DNA of 58,066 nucleotides from IMG/VR virus record IMGVR_UViG_3300044734_000048, positions 1 to 58,066 of that record. One strand, 5' to 3'. The stretch's first letter is position 1. Every line of letters starts with the position of its first letter. A program made the translations under genes and the position numbers. The notes beneath the pieces are model-generated. The model was not told the DNA's origin. It ran no database searches and saw only the letters and a list, made by a program, of their open reading frames with translations. This document shows positions 1-10,065 of this stretch, one piece after another. The DNA comes from a virus (lineage: Duplodnaviria; Caudoviricetes).

Positions 1-352
1 ATGAGCGAAAACGTCATATACTACATTACGAATTGCCTGGAGAACATCTTAAGCGCGCCATGCGATAACCTCTACATTCGCAGGCGAGCCGAAGATATAG
101 CACGAGCATTTACTAAAGCCGATATGGGAGGGCTTTGCCTATAAAGGGTCAGATTCTTAAGCACTTTATAGGCAGGCAGAAAGGTTTTAGGGCAAGATGC
201 CTGTACAAGAAATAAGTAGAGAGAACAATTCCCTTGATGAAGTGTGCGAGAGGGGCGACAATGCTCTAGAGAACATCAGCCCAGACGAGTACGATCTGAT
301 TAGATTGTTATGCGGCTCGCTGGCTATTCTCTGGAAGGATTGGCCTAGAGAT

Positions 353-1141
353 ATGAAAGTTAGCGTATTAGATAGCAGCAACTTTCTATTTTCCTTAGTT
401 GGAGAATGCCCCCACTGTCGCAGCAATTCGGTATTTATAAGGGTGGCGCAGCATCATGCTGTAGCCGTTGACAGCTATCAGTGGATGGTTTACACCATGA
501 TGCAATGTCAGGGATGCCAGCAGTTCATATTAGGCATTGTATTTAGACATCGAGAGGATTGGCGATATGTAGAGCATTATCCTCTAGGGACGCCCGATGA
601 TTCTGTTCATGAAAAAGTGCCAACACCTATAGCGGAAGATTTTTCCGAGTCCAAGCGTTGCCTATGGGTTAAGGCATACAGAGCATCGGTTGCGATGTGT
701 AGAAGGGCTGTACAATCAAGCTGCGATGATCTAGGCGCACAGGGGGGTAACTTATTTCAGCAGATAGATGATCTAGCTAAAAAAGGCATCATCACCGAAC
801 CGCTCAGGCAACTTGCACACAAGGTCAGGCTTGTCGCAAATAAGGAATTACATGCTAAGCATGATGATCTAGGAACTATCAAGGAAAGGGATGCCAAGTC
901 TATCATCGCTTTTACTCAAGAGTATTTTCACCATGTTTACGTGATGCCAGCGTTGCTTACTCCGGCTGTCCATACCCAACAACTGTCAGTCTTATTCACC
1001 GCAGCCCAAAAGCGGATGGTGGACGGAGGCTGTCGGCAGGCTTTGCTGCAAAAGATGCCTGCTTGTCTTTTGAAGACAGAGGGACTTCTAGAGAAAGTAG
1101 TTCCACATTTTTTACAGGTACGGACGGCTACAGTCTTGTGA
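353..1141 (+). CDS. DUF4145-like domain protein with N-terminal Zn-ribbon; C-terminus runs into an antisense HNH fragment
   Basis: CPHC...CQGC; 'AYRASVAMCRRAVQ...GGNLFQQIDDL...KVRLVANKELH' typical of DUF4145; ATG 353 preferred over 197. Confidence 0.7.
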   Translation: MKVSVLDSSNFLFSLVGECPHCRSNSVFIRVAQHHAVAVDSYQWMVYTMMQCQGCQQFILGIVFRHREDWRYVEHYPLGTPDDSVHEKVPTPIAEDFSESKRCLWVKAYRASVAMCRRAVQSSCDDLGAQGGNLFQQIDDLAKKGIITEPLRQLAHKVRLVANKELHAKHDDLGTIKERDAKSIIAFTQEYFHHVYVMPALLTPAVHTQQLSVLFTAAQKRMVDGGCRQALLQKMPACLLKTEGLLEKVVPHFLQVRTATVL

Positions 1142-1257
1142 GCATAAGCGCACGGTCTAGAGCAGTAACGACCGTTGCCCCGTCTTACATCGTAGGAGCG
1201 CGGGGAAAATTCTTTCTTACAAACTTCGCAGTTGCGTGCTATTTTAGAGGTAGCCAT
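937..1257 (-). pseudogene. Truncated HNH homing endonuclease (N-terminal Zn fingers only)
   Basis: Two CxxC...CSxxC units, then RFWAAVNKTDSCWVWTAG (start of phage HNH domain); stops before the HNH core. Confidence 0.75.
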
Positions 1258-1261
1258 GATG

Positions 1262-1345
1262 TGAATCTCCTAGAAAGATTTGCTGAATGGTTAGGCTCAT
1301 TCGGGTGTATCCGCACTCGTCTGAGCCACATTTATTTTACCATAT
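1262..1345 (-). promoter_or_regulatory. Promoter and hairpin leader of the HNH gene
   Basis: Minus strand TGGTAAAAT extended -10, stem GGCTCA..TGAGCC, RBS AGGAGA inside an AATCT..AGATT stem. Confidence 0.5.
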
Positions 1346-1372
1346 AATCGGAGAATTGAGGCGGATATTTTC

Positions 1373-2155
1373 TTGAGAAGGGGAATGATTATGAGTAGAG
1401 TTTATTTTCACGAGCAGGAAGGTGATTCAGAGGTTAGAGGTTCGGAGCGTGCCTATGCGAGCTATCTCTGCAATGAGGTGTTCCTTGCCGCACTAAACTT
1501 GAATGACTACGATTCATCGGAACGTCCAAGCGTGCTGCGGAACATTATTGCGCCGTCGCATTACGTTGTGAGGTATAAAGGAAGAGAGTTTGCCCAAAGC
1601 CTTAAGACGGCTTTAGTCGTGCCAACGTCCGACGAGTTGTTGGTAGTAGAAGGCAAGCGGGTAGAAGTCTTTAGTGCTGCTCTTAACACCGCTCTTATTA
1701 TGGGTTCTGACCCAATCAAGTTAATGGCACGCTTACACGGTCAATGCGAAATTCATGCTTACATTGAAGGAAAGAATCGTGATTGGGTAGCAGGTATTAT
1801 TGAGAAGGGGCGCGCGTCTGGAATCATGCGTGCCGATGTGGGATGGGAAGAAACTATCACGATGCTGCGGTCTAACTCTGAAAGGCCAGTGGTAACGAGC
1901 TACAGTGTTTGTGAGCAATTCCCGAACGCCGGTGCAGCCAAATGGACGCCGCCCGTCAATGAAGATGGCGAGGATTGGGATACATGGTATGACTTGCCAC
2001 GTGAAGAAAGATGGCGGCTTGGGATGGAAGACCTACGCGCTGAATCTTTACTTGAAATAAAACCTGACGATTGGGACACGTACTACTTCAGGGATGGTGT
2101 AAATGGATTCAAATTACTAGAAGCGGCTTATGCTTTACAGCCCACAAGCGATTGA
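1373..2155 (+). CDS. Hypothetical protein
   Basis: 260-aa ORF, likely start at MSRVYF; no motif recognised. Confidence 0.7.
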   Translation: MRRGMIMSRVYFHEQEGDSEVRGSERAYASYLCNEVFLAALNLNDYDSSERPSVLRNIIAPSHYVVRYKGREFAQSLKTALVVPTSDELLVVEGKRVEVFSAALNTALIMGSDPIKLMARLHGQCEIHAYIEGKNRDWVAGIIEKGRASGIMRADVGWEETITMLRSNSERPVVTSYSVCEQFPNAGAAKWTPPVNEDGEDWDTWYDLPREERWRLGMEDLRAESLLEIKPDDWDTYYFRDGVNGFKLLEAAYALQPTSD

Positions 2156-2314
2156 GCCGTGCTACCTGCGAACACAAGGGAACGAGTAGTGATGAAATAG
2201 GTTCTTTGCAGCATCAAACTTAAATTCTTGATTTAGAGCATCAGGGAAACACGATTAGAGTTATGATTGGCAGGTGTGGAAGCGTTTAGGATGTTGGTTA
2301 AAGGAGAAACGACG

Positions 2315-2668
2315 ATGGTTGACGAACAGAAAAGATTAAACGATGCGATACTGTCGCAGGCTATTCGTGAAGTAAATTCTAATGCCGCCGATACTATACC
2401 ATCAGAGGTGTTAGCTCTTCTTGACCACGAGCAACAACGAAGAAAACCAATTGAGAACTATCGTGAATTACAGGAAGAGGTTCTCAAGGCGCTTCTTTTC
2501 TCACTCGCATTTCAGAGCGAATCTTTCAGGGGCGCAACAGCAGAAGAACTTGAGACGATTAAACAGAGGGCGATTGAAAAGCTTCAGACCGACCCGATGT
2601 TCCGCTATTTCGTAACATCGCAGCTTGCCGCAATCATGCTCGTAATCGAAAGGTATAAGCCGCGATAG
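2315..2668 (+). CDS. Hypothetical protein
   Basis: AAGGAG RBS before MVDEQKR. Confidence 0.6.
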   Translation: MVDEQKRLNDAILSQAIREVNSNAADTIPSEVLALLDHEQQRRKPIENYRELQEEVLKALLFSLAFQSESFRGATAEELETIKQRAIEKLQTDPMFRYFVTSQLAAIMLVIERYKPR

Positions 2669-2820
2669 GCTCTAATGCAACCTAGAGCCGCACGCCAGCG
2701 AACAAAAGGGATTCAGAGGTTAACGGTTAAGTTCTTATGCCTCGCTAAAACTTAATTCCGAAAGGTGCGCTCCCTAGTCGCCAAGCTGAAAAGCGCACCT
2801 TTCTTCTGCCCCTCCCCACC

Positions 2821-5409
2821 TTAGAACGGACATTTCCAACTGCCGCGCGAACGAAAAGCCCACGCGCCTGAGCCACCGCCTGCACACGTCGTCGCAATAG
2901 CGCAGTCCGTACACCAGCTAAAAGTGCCATCCGCCACGCCCCCAGTTAATTGCGAAAAGGGTATCCCCGACTGATTGATGACACCCTGTCCGCTGATCCC
3001 AAGTGTGAGACTGCCTGTGCCGTTGCCGAATGCTGCCCCCCCCGTTCCCTGGTACTGGTTGAAACGCAGCGCACCTGTGCCTTGTGCTTCCATCCTGAGC
3101 GTTCCAAGCTTCGCCGAGATAACAGTTGATGAGTTGTCGTAGCCCACGCGAAGTTTGTCGCCCTGGATAGTGTTGGTGCGCGGTGTTCCCTCGAAATCTG
3201 TATTAGTGCCGCTGACGGGGAAATACTGAAAATTATTGTCGTGCGCCCCGGCTTCAAGATAGACAGTATAGGTCTGATTGCCGTCCAGATTCACGCCGGT
3301 ACTTCCGCATCCCATGACGCCGCTAGAGACGTACATCGCTGTGTCGAAGCCCTCAATCGAGCCGCCGTAGACGTGGTTGCCGTCGCCGTTTGAGAAAACG
3401 AAGCCGATGCTGCCCGCAACGACTGGCCCGCTCCCGGAGACGTTGCTGTTGACTAAATAGTTATCATTTGCCGCATCAGCCGCCGTGCCCGTTGTTTGCA
3501 TCGCGTACTTGAAGCCGGAGATTAAACCGGTGGTGAAGATGTTGTAGGCTGCGTAGGTAGTACCTGTGCCTGTCCCAGCTTCCACTAGGAATCCCTTACC
3601 GGTGGCCGTCGTGAAGTTTTGCTGCCGGAGCGACGTGCGGCTCACCGTGACGTAGACGCCATTTTTCGCATCTATGCCGCCCCCTGCTGGATTCGTGCAG
3701 AAGATCGCAATGTCTTCGATCAGGATGTCTTTTGTCTGCGACGCGAGGGTCGCATCGCCGATCAAGATTGCGTACCCTGTGCCAGTGTAGGTGAAGCCGG
3801 GTTGCGGCAAACTGTAGGTTGCGCTTGGCAGCCCCCTGCCTTGTGGGACTGTTCCCTTCAAAGAGAAGCCGTGCGCGCCTGCTGCGACCACAATCCTATT
3901 CGTCCCCATGTTAATCGCCGTCGTAGGAGAGGAGTCTACGAGGATACTTACACCCTGCTTACTGATGGTCAGGTCGGACGAAAGACTTTGAGAGCCGGTG
4001 AGCATCCGGGCGTCTATGACGCCCCCCGTGACAGGCAGCGCGGTAATTGCCGCCGCGACTTTCGCGCCCCAATCCGCGCCTGAGTAGCGATCTGCGAAAA
4101 CGACAGGAGGTGTGACGGGGAGACGTGTGTCAGTACCTTCAACGAGCGGGCCGCCGCCCGGACCCACGAGCGTCCCGTCGTTGCCGATCACCAACTTGTC
4201 CACGCCCCCTCGCTGAACCCTGAACGCACCAGCGCCGTTTGCATCCGAGTCGAAGTTAATCACCTCGTCGCCGGTCGCCGCGAAAGCTCCCGAAGTGGCC
4301 GAGCCGACATTCGTGCAGTTCGTACAAGTGACGTTCGCGAGCGTGCCGCCTGTGACGTTGACTTGCCCGGTCATCGTGCCGCCGACGCCGAGATTCCCTG
4401 AAACATTCGTGTTGCCCTGAATGTTACCGAGCAGATTGCCGCTGAAAAACGGTGCCGTGACCGTGCCCGCGAAATTAGGCGAGCCTGGCAGCGTGACGGG
4501 GACATGTGTCAGCCCTGACCCGTCGCCCGTCAGAACGCCTGAGACATTGAGATTGCCGCCGACATTCGCAGTCGAGCCGCTCTCAGTAATAATAGAGTTA
4601 GCGAACGTACTTCCGTTCCAGATAATGTGATGGCCTGCGGTCAGCAAAGGAAAAAGCTGCGCCGTTGTAGCTGCTGCGACCGCTGCTGTCAGTGCGTCCA
4701 CTTCAGCCTTTGAAGCGAAAGTAAATTGAGCGTCGAGATTCGCGTCCGTGATGCGGTGGCCGGTTAAGCTGATCGTAGTAGTTGATGCTGGAATATCATA
4801 AATTCCTATCAACTGTGTATTGCCCTTCTGTGCGTCATCAAACCAGACCTGATAATACTGAGCAGGAGAAACAGCGCGTGACGGATAGAGCGACACGTCG
4901 AACTGGCCGCTGCTGTTAAGTGAAGCTGAGACGCTCGCCTTCGCCGGGATAATCCCTGATGGACTAGTCGCCACCTGTGTGAGAAAGAAGCTCACGCGCC
5001 CGACGCGCGGCGCACCGCTTGGATCGAGCAGGCTATCAATGATGCGCGTCTTCGCAGCCGTCACCGTGAGCGTCACAGTGGCCGCAGCCGTCGTATCGCC
5101 TCCACTTGTGACCGTGTACTGAAAGCTATCTGAGCCTGTGTAGCCCACTGTCGGCGTGTAAACAAGCGCGCCCGTCGAGGTATTCAGATTAGAGAGAGCG
5201 CCGTGTGATGGGCTTGTCGTTGTAGCAAATGTCAGAGCCGTGCCGTCTGCATCACTCCCTTGAAGTTGAATTGCCGATTGCGCTGTAACCGGCACAGCGG
5301 TCGAAAAACTGACTGCGACGGGCGCTGCTGCCAGTGCGGTCAGCGGGAAGGCCACGATTAGCAGAGCCGCCACTAAAACAACACTGAGATATTTTCTATA
5401 AGCTCTCAT
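2821..5409 (-). CDS. Tail spike/fibre-like protein with signal peptide, Ig-like domain and pectin-lyase-like beta-helix
   Basis: N-terminal hydrophobic leader ending ALAA; 'GSDADG..LTF..PSHG.L..YTPT..GSDSFQYTVT' Ig/cadherin-like; 'GADWGAKVAAAI..GGVIDAR' beta-helix cap; position at end of tail module. Confidence 0.75.
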   Translation of the reverse strand: MRAYRKYLSVVLVAALLIVAFPLTALAAAPVAVSFSTAVPVTAQSAIQLQGSDADGTALTFATTTSPSHGALSNLNTSTGALVYTPTVGYTGSDSFQYTVTSGGDTTAAATVTLTVTAAKTRIIDSLLDPSGAPRVGRVSFFLTQVATSPSGIIPAKASVSASLNSSGQFDVSLYPSRAVSPAQYYQVWFDDAQKGNTQLIGIYDIPASTTTISLTGHRITDANLDAQFTFASKAEVDALTAAVAAATTAQLFPLLTAGHHIIWNGSTFANSIITESGSTANVGGNLNVSGVLTGDGSGLTHVPVTLPGSPNFAGTVTAPFFSGNLLGNIQGNTNVSGNLGVGGTMTGQVNVTGGTLANVTCTNCTNVGSATSGAFAATGDEVINFDSDANGAGAFRVQRGGVDKLVIGNDGTLVGPGGGPLVEGTDTRLPVTPPVVFADRYSGADWGAKVAAAITALPVTGGVIDARMLTGSQSLSSDLTISKQGVSILVDSSPTTAINMGTNRIVVAAGAHGFSLKGTVPQGRGLPSATYSLPQPGFTYTGTGYAILIGDATLASQTKDILIEDIAIFCTNPAGGGIDAKNGVYVTVSRTSLRQQNFTTATGKGFLVEAGTGTGTTYAAYNIFTTGLISGFKYAMQTTGTAADAANDNYLVNSNVSGSGPVVAGSIGFVFSNGDGNHVYGGSIEGFDTAMYVSSGVMGCGSTGVNLDGNQTYTVYLEAGAHDNNFQYFPVSGTNTDFEGTPRTNTIQGDKLRVGYDNSSTVISAKLGTLRMEAQGTGALRFNQYQGTGGAAFGNGTGSLTLGISGQGVINQSGIPFSQLTGGVADGTFSWCTDCAIATTCAGGGSGAWAFRSRGSWKCPF

Positions 5410-5430
5410 CTTTTTTCCCTCTTCCTTTGT

Positions 5431-6483
5431 TTAATTGCCTATGCAAATAACTACGATCACGTCAGAGCCTGTGCCCGTGACAGTGATTAAAGAACCTGAT
5501 GTTTTATCAATCCTGAATCCGTTTGTGGCGCTGAAATTACTTCCCGTGCATTGATATGTCGTGCTGGAGGTAAAGACCGCGCTGCCTGAAAAAGTGAGTG
5601 TTCCCGTTCCCCCTGACAACCCGACGCCTCCTGTGACGATGTGCGCGCCCGTAACCACTGTTCCGTCCGCTGTGTAAGTCACAGGGGCGCGCGCGTCTGA
5701 GAGGCGCGTATCGTCTCCCTTGACGACTTGAGATGAAGAGGCGTTTCCTGATGCGGCCACGTCCTTTGTCGCTGCCGTGCCTAAGCCCAAGTTGGTGCGC
5801 GCCGACGGCACGCTCGCCACATCACTTAAATTGTTCGCAGGATTTAAGGGAGTGTAGCCGAGCGCATTCTGCTTACCATTGAAGATTGACCAATCCGTCG
5901 AAGTCAGATAGCCGTTGTGCGTTGTGTCCGCCTGCGTAATTGAGATTGAATTAACAGAGCGCGTGAGGGGTGCGTTGAATGTCAGCGGGCTTTCACCTGA
6001 AGCCGGAGTAGCCCAGATGGTTGTCCCGCCCGATTGTTTTGTGAGCACTTGCCCTGTTACTGCGCTCGCCGCATCACTTGAACCGATGCCGAGCTTTGCT
6101 TCTAAGGCGAGCATTGCCCCTCTGAGGCCGTTGACGTGCGCCGAAACAAGAGGGAAGTGCACAGTTGAAAAGACAGTGTGTGCGGCGGCTGTAGTGCCAG
6201 TGAAGGCGCGCGTCACAGTGAAGTGAGTAGAGTCAGAGGTCGTATAGGAAAGTAGTTCTGAGTCAATCTGTAGCACGCCAGATGTGGGCACGCTCGCGGT
6301 GGAGTTGACGGTAATGGTTGTTGCGCCTGATGAGGCGGCGGAGGTGAGATAGGTTATCTTAAAATCCGAAGCTTGGGGTAACGTCGTCGTCGTATCAAGT
6401 GACCCTGGATAATTGGTTGCGCCTTGCCCGAGCGCAGTCACCGACAACAATATGAGGAAGGTAGTCAATATTAAATTTCTCAT
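5431..6483 (-). CDS. Tail fibre-like protein with signal peptide
   Basis: MRNLILTTFLILLSVTALG leader; fibre motifs GYLTSTDWSIFNGKQ, NNLSDVAS..ARTNLGLGTAAT, GDDTRLSDAR. Confidence 0.75.
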   Translation of the reverse strand: MRNLILTTFLILLSVTALGQGATNYPGSLDTTTTLPQASDFKITYLTSAASSGATTITVNSTASVPTSGVLQIDSELLSYTTSDSTHFTVTRAFTGTTAAAHTVFSTVHFPLVSAHVNGLRGAMLALEAKLGIGSSDAASAVTGQVLTKQSGGTTIWATPASGESPLTFNAPLTRSVNSISITQADTTHNGYLTSTDWSIFNGKQNALGYTPLNPANNLSDVASVPSARTNLGLGTAATKDVAASGNASSSQVVKGDDTRLSDARAPVTYTADGTVVTGAHIVTGGVGLSGGTGTLTFSGSAVFTSSTTYQCTGSNFSATNGFRIDKTSGSLITVTGTGSDVIVVICIGN

Positions 6484-6484
6484 C

Positions 6485-6859
6485 TTAGAATTGCTCCCAT
6501 TGAAGTTGGACGGTCGCCTTCAGAGCATGAGGCAGCCATCGAGGACTGCGCCCGTTCTTTACCCAAGCCATGACGCCCATGAACGTCCTCTCCGTATCTG
6601 CGGTCGTGAAAAGATGGCAGTTTGAATGTCTGGCCTTTTGTTGGGCTTCTATCAACTCAGAAACCTCATTCGACGTTGTCTTATGCTCCGTGATTGTCCA
6701 ATAAGGGTGCGATGCGCCTTCCTCAAGAAAGAGCGCATACACGACGCCTTCAGGGTCGTTCGGTAGTGTTAACAAGACAGGCTCTTTAATACGGTCGAAG
6801 TTGGCAGTAGCCCACATAGCGCCTGTGCGGTCAATAACTTGTCGAACAACTTGGTTCAC
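6485..6859 (-). CDS. Hypothetical protein (tail module)
   Basis: Abuts or overlaps neighbouring genes in the operon. Confidence 0.6.
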   Translation of the reverse strand: MNQVVRQVIDRTGAMWATANFDRIKEPVLLTLPNDPEGVVYALFLEEGASHPYWTITEHKTTSNEVSELIEAQQKARHSNCHLFTTADTERTFMGVMAWVKNGRSPRWLPHALKATVQLQWEQF

Positions 6860-7599
6860 TGGCTAACCTCTCTCTCAATGGCTGCGCGCGAATCATGCGC
6901 GTCGTAAGTAAATGTTGAGATGGCTGTCGAGACCGGAGGCGGCGGCACACTTGCTCCAATCTCGGCAGCGCTTGACTGAGGCGACCACGCAGACCATCCC
7001 CGGCCACCTCCAGCATCTTCGGTGCTCTGGTTGCGCCACCTATAACTTATTTTTGAGGCATAGGGCTTCTGGTCTATTTGATGAGTCGGGCTGTCAGAGA
7101 TAGGCTGGACTTCAAAAATGCTCGCATCATCTGCCTTCTCAATTCTGAGCTGGCCGTCCGTGATGGTCGCACCATAAGCGTCAGGCGCAGGCGTTAAGAC
7201 AATCCACGCATCAGTCGCGCTCGCTTTTGCAATTGTCGGTGCGAGCGTGACAGTAGGGACGTGCTCATCAATGCCGCCAACGGAGACGATATTAGGATTG
7301 ACAGTGAGAGGTCGTGTGTAGGCATCTTCGAGACTTGAGACATCCGGGACATTATTTGCGCTCCATGAGCGAGTCGAGAAGATAAGGTCTCCATCTGTGA
7401 GTGGATTGTAGGGGAGCTTGACGGTTGCGCCCGGCGCGAAACTGCCCACGTGCAGAGCCTCGCCGGGCTTCTGGCCGACTTTTCGCCAGTGCAGGTCTAC
7501 TGAGACAGGGTGAGTGGTCGCAGGCGGGTAGTAGCGCGGTATAGCTTCTTCTCGCGCTACTATGTTGATTCCACCGCTATCCTTAGCAACAATATCCAT
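6856..7599 (-). CDS. Putative tail tip accessory protein (FnIII-like C-terminus)
   Basis: 'ISYRWRN...GWSAWS' FnIII-like end; position after tail tip gene. Confidence 0.55.
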   Translation of the reverse strand: MDIVAKDSGGINIVAREEAIPRYYPPATTHPVSVDLHWRKVGQKPGEALHVGSFAPGATVKLPYNPLTDGDLIFSTRSWSANNVPDVSSLEDAYTRPLTVNPNIVSVGGIDEHVPTVTLAPTIAKASATDAWIVLTPAPDAYGATITDGQLRIEKADDASIFEVQPISDSPTHQIDQKPYASKISYRWRNQSTEDAGGGRGWSAWSPQSSAAEIGASVPPPPVSTAISTFTYDAHDSRAAIEREVSQ

Positions 7600-7605
7600 A
7601 AGCCC

Positions 7606-7878
7606 TTATGTCGTCGTCGTTACTGCCGACCCCATTCTTAAATCAACACTCCGAACCCAGCCGAAGCGAACCTTTCTACCTACTGCGATAGGTAGCGTTC
7701 CCCCTACTACGTGTCCGTTTGAGTCTGCTGTAAGGTCAGACAGAGCAGTCCCGCCTGCCCCAGTCGTCTCATCAACCACGTCGGTTATATCGCGTACCAT
7801 GACCGTTGCGCCTGGGATAAGAATTGGCATCCCTGTGCCGTTATCAACCTTGACATCAAATCCACCGAAGTTAGACAT
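7606..7878 (-). CDS. Small tail protein
   Basis: 'IPGATVMVRD...LTADSNG' beta-sandwich-like; context. Confidence 0.55.
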   Translation of the reverse strand: MSNFGGFDVKVDNGTGMPILIPGATVMVRDITDVVDETTGAGGTALSDLTADSNGHVVGGTLPIAVGRKVRFGWVRSVDLRMGSAVTTTT

Positions 7879-10065
7879 CTAGCAATTCCCCAATTCAATT
7901 TCGATAGTGTCAGACGTGTGATTAAGTACAGTGATAGGAATCGAGCAGGGTCTATCCGTTGGCCCGCCGCCCGGATTAACACCACCCGGTGAACCCGTAT
8001 GGTCAATCACCGTTTCCATGTGCTCGTAGTAATTAACCGGATAAGCCTGCACAGTTAATTCGTATTGCAGATTGCCCTTCCTCTTCCTGCTCATCACGCG
8101 AAAATAGTGGAAGCCTTCAATCCCAAGCTTCGCCCAAAGTTCTTCAAGAGCGCGGATGCGGAGTCTCACTAATTTGTACATCCGAACCTCGAAACATTGA
8201 GAGACCCAGGTCGTAAACTTCACCTGGAAATTATTCTTAGTACCACCCTTATCAAGCGGGCCGAGAGTAAGAACACGGTTCACGAGGCGCATCATTTCCT
8301 GAAAGCTCGTAACGCCGAGGGCAGGAAGGTCTTTATTGATTATCCTAATAGTGTTATCACCCCAAGCAAGGCCCGCCGCGAGTTGCTGACGCATATCTCC
8401 AACCGGAACAGGTATTGAGGTAAAACCGTTGCTGGCGTCGTCAAAGGTGGACGTATATTGATTGATTAGTTCATCGTCTCCCACATAAGACCAGCCAACC
8501 ATCGGCTGACCTTTTGAATCAACGCAAATATTTGCGTCAGGGCCGTAGTCTGTGAAGAAGGGAATCACAGAATCGTCTACTACCTCTTTCTTCAAGGCAA
8601 CGACCATCTTCAGACCGTTGTGTTCAAACGGTGGACTAATGCAGTGAGCCGTGCAGAAATCTTCAATCTGCGTTTGAGTAGCTCGCCCCGTTAGTTCCAC
8701 GTTGCACGTTGCGCGCGTGCCGGTGAAGACATTACCGTTTGGATCAGTGACGCTAACCTCTTCATCGCACCATGCTGCGACATCTATGAAACTCTGAATG
8801 TCGTATCTCGCATAGTCTTCACCGTACCCCCAACGCTTATTCGCGAGCATATCTAGAAGACACCATGCCGGGTTCGTTGTGTACTGCTCTACAAATGTGT
8901 TGATGTCGGTATAGACTCTGACATCGTTATGCCCCTGGGCCAGAATGGTTGCGCTCAAATCACTTGCCGTGACGTTTCTGAAATCTCCTTGAATTCTTCC
9001 GAAGAAATGAGCCGTGCCGCTGTACGTTCCGATGTTAGGCTCATAGCCCGTCGGCGATTGTCCTAGTTGTCCATAGCGAAGCTGGAGATGCTGAAAGCCA
9101 ACGTACTGATTATTGATGGCAGCCTGAGAAAGTGCGTTCATCACACCTTCACCGATTTCAACCAGGCATGCCACGAATCCATGATCCGGATGGTTGTTGT
9201 CGTTCTCAGGACGAAAGCTGAGGATGCGCAAGCCCTTCAGAAGACGAAGACCATAGACGGAGCGGATAGGGTCTGTGAGAGAGTTTTCGTTGCCGATAGC
9301 GGTAGCCGGAAGGTTCGGCCCACTGGTCTGATAGTTAATCAGGGTTTGGATGACGGTTTTGAAGCCGGGAAAGAATCTCTTAGTTGCTAAATGAGCAAAG
9401 CAAGTGGCAACGCTGTCACGCGCGCAGTCGGGCAGTCCGGGCACGCCAATAAGAGGCGCGCCGCCCCTGTCTTCGTCGGTCAAATGCGCGTTGTACGGGC
9501 AACCTTTATGCAGGTTAATCTCCGCTTGGGTTGGAAGCAGGCCGCCATAGATGAACATGCAGCCCGGCACTGGCAAGCGATGAGGCAACAACAGTTTCGC
9601 GCTTCTGAACCCACTGGCTGCCTGAACTTTCAAAGTGATGCCGTTCGCATCTTTGGGAGCGCGTAAGTTGCCGACAAATTCGAGTAAAGCCAGGTCAACA
9701 TCCGGGTAGAATGAATATATTTCCGTTCGTAAACCCTGACCATATTGAAAGCAGATGCGCGACATCTCGCCGTCAATATCAGAGAACGTCATGTCAACCG
9801 AATCATCTGAGATGGCGGTCGTTTTAGGGATGTCGAGAAAGGGGCTGCCCTTGCTCGTAATCAATCGAGCGCGCACGTCAGCGAAAGATGAAATACTTTC
9901 AAAACCCCTGACCTCATTTATTTGGGTAAAGGCAAACCACTGTTCTAGCTCAGGTGCGGGTAGGTTGATTTTCACCAATTCCGCAAAGCGCGGCTTTTCG
10001 CCAGAGCGGATTAGCTCTTCTAGTGCGATTAACTTCGCTCTATCTGCTGTGCTTAATTCTGGCAT
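7879..10065 (-). CDS. Tail tip/hub protein (lambda gpL/gpJ-like segments)
   Basis: Cys-rich 'C..C..C..C..RFFPGF' segment, then 'YTTNPAWCLLDML.NKRWGYG..D.QSF...A.WCDE' gpJ-like motif. Confidence 0.85.
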   Translation of the reverse strand: MPELSTADRAKLIALEELIRSGEKPRFAELVKINLPAPELEQWFAFTQINEVRGFESISSFADVRARLITSKGSPFLDIPKTTAISDDSVDMTFSDIDGEMSRICFQYGQGLRTEIYSFYPDVDLALLEFVGNLRAPKDANGITLKVQAASGFRSAKLLLPHRLPVPGCMFIYGGLLPTQAEINLHKGCPYNAHLTDEDRGGAPLIGVPGLPDCARDSVATCFAHLATKRFFPGFKTVIQTLINYQTSGPNLPATAIGNENSLTDPIRSVYGLRLLKGLRILSFRPENDNNHPDHGFVACLVEIGEGVMNALSQAAINNQYVGFQHLQLRYGQLGQSPTGYEPNIGTYSGTAHFFGRIQGDFRNVTASDLSATILAQGHNDVRVYTDINTFVEQYTTNPAWCLLDMLANKRWGYGEDYARYDIQSFIDVAAWCDEEVSVTDPNGNVFTGTRATCNVELTGRATQTQIEDFCTAHCISPPFEHNGLKMVVALKKEVVDDSVIPFFTDYGPDANICVDSKGQPMVGWSYVGDDELINQYTSTFDDASNGFTSIPVPVGDMRQQLAAGLAWGDNTIRIINKDLPALGVTSFQEMMRLVNRVLTLGPLDKGGTKNNFQVKFTTWVSQCFEVRMYKLVRLRIRALEELWAKLGIEGFHYFRVMSRKRKGNLQYELTVQAYPVNYYEHMETVIDHTGSPGGVNPGGGPTDRPCSIPITVLNHTSDTIEIELGNC

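Noticed and set aside
1-144. 47-codon ORF at the window start
   Set aside because: Too short and without upstream context or motif to call
2669-2689. TGCAACCTAG as a third repressor operator
   Set aside because: Only a half-site, lying in a GGCTCTA/TAGAGCC hairpin at a gene end with no promoter
2821-6483. Diversity-generating retroelement acting on fibre genes
   Set aside because: No reverse transcriptase and no TR/VR pair differing at adenines were seen
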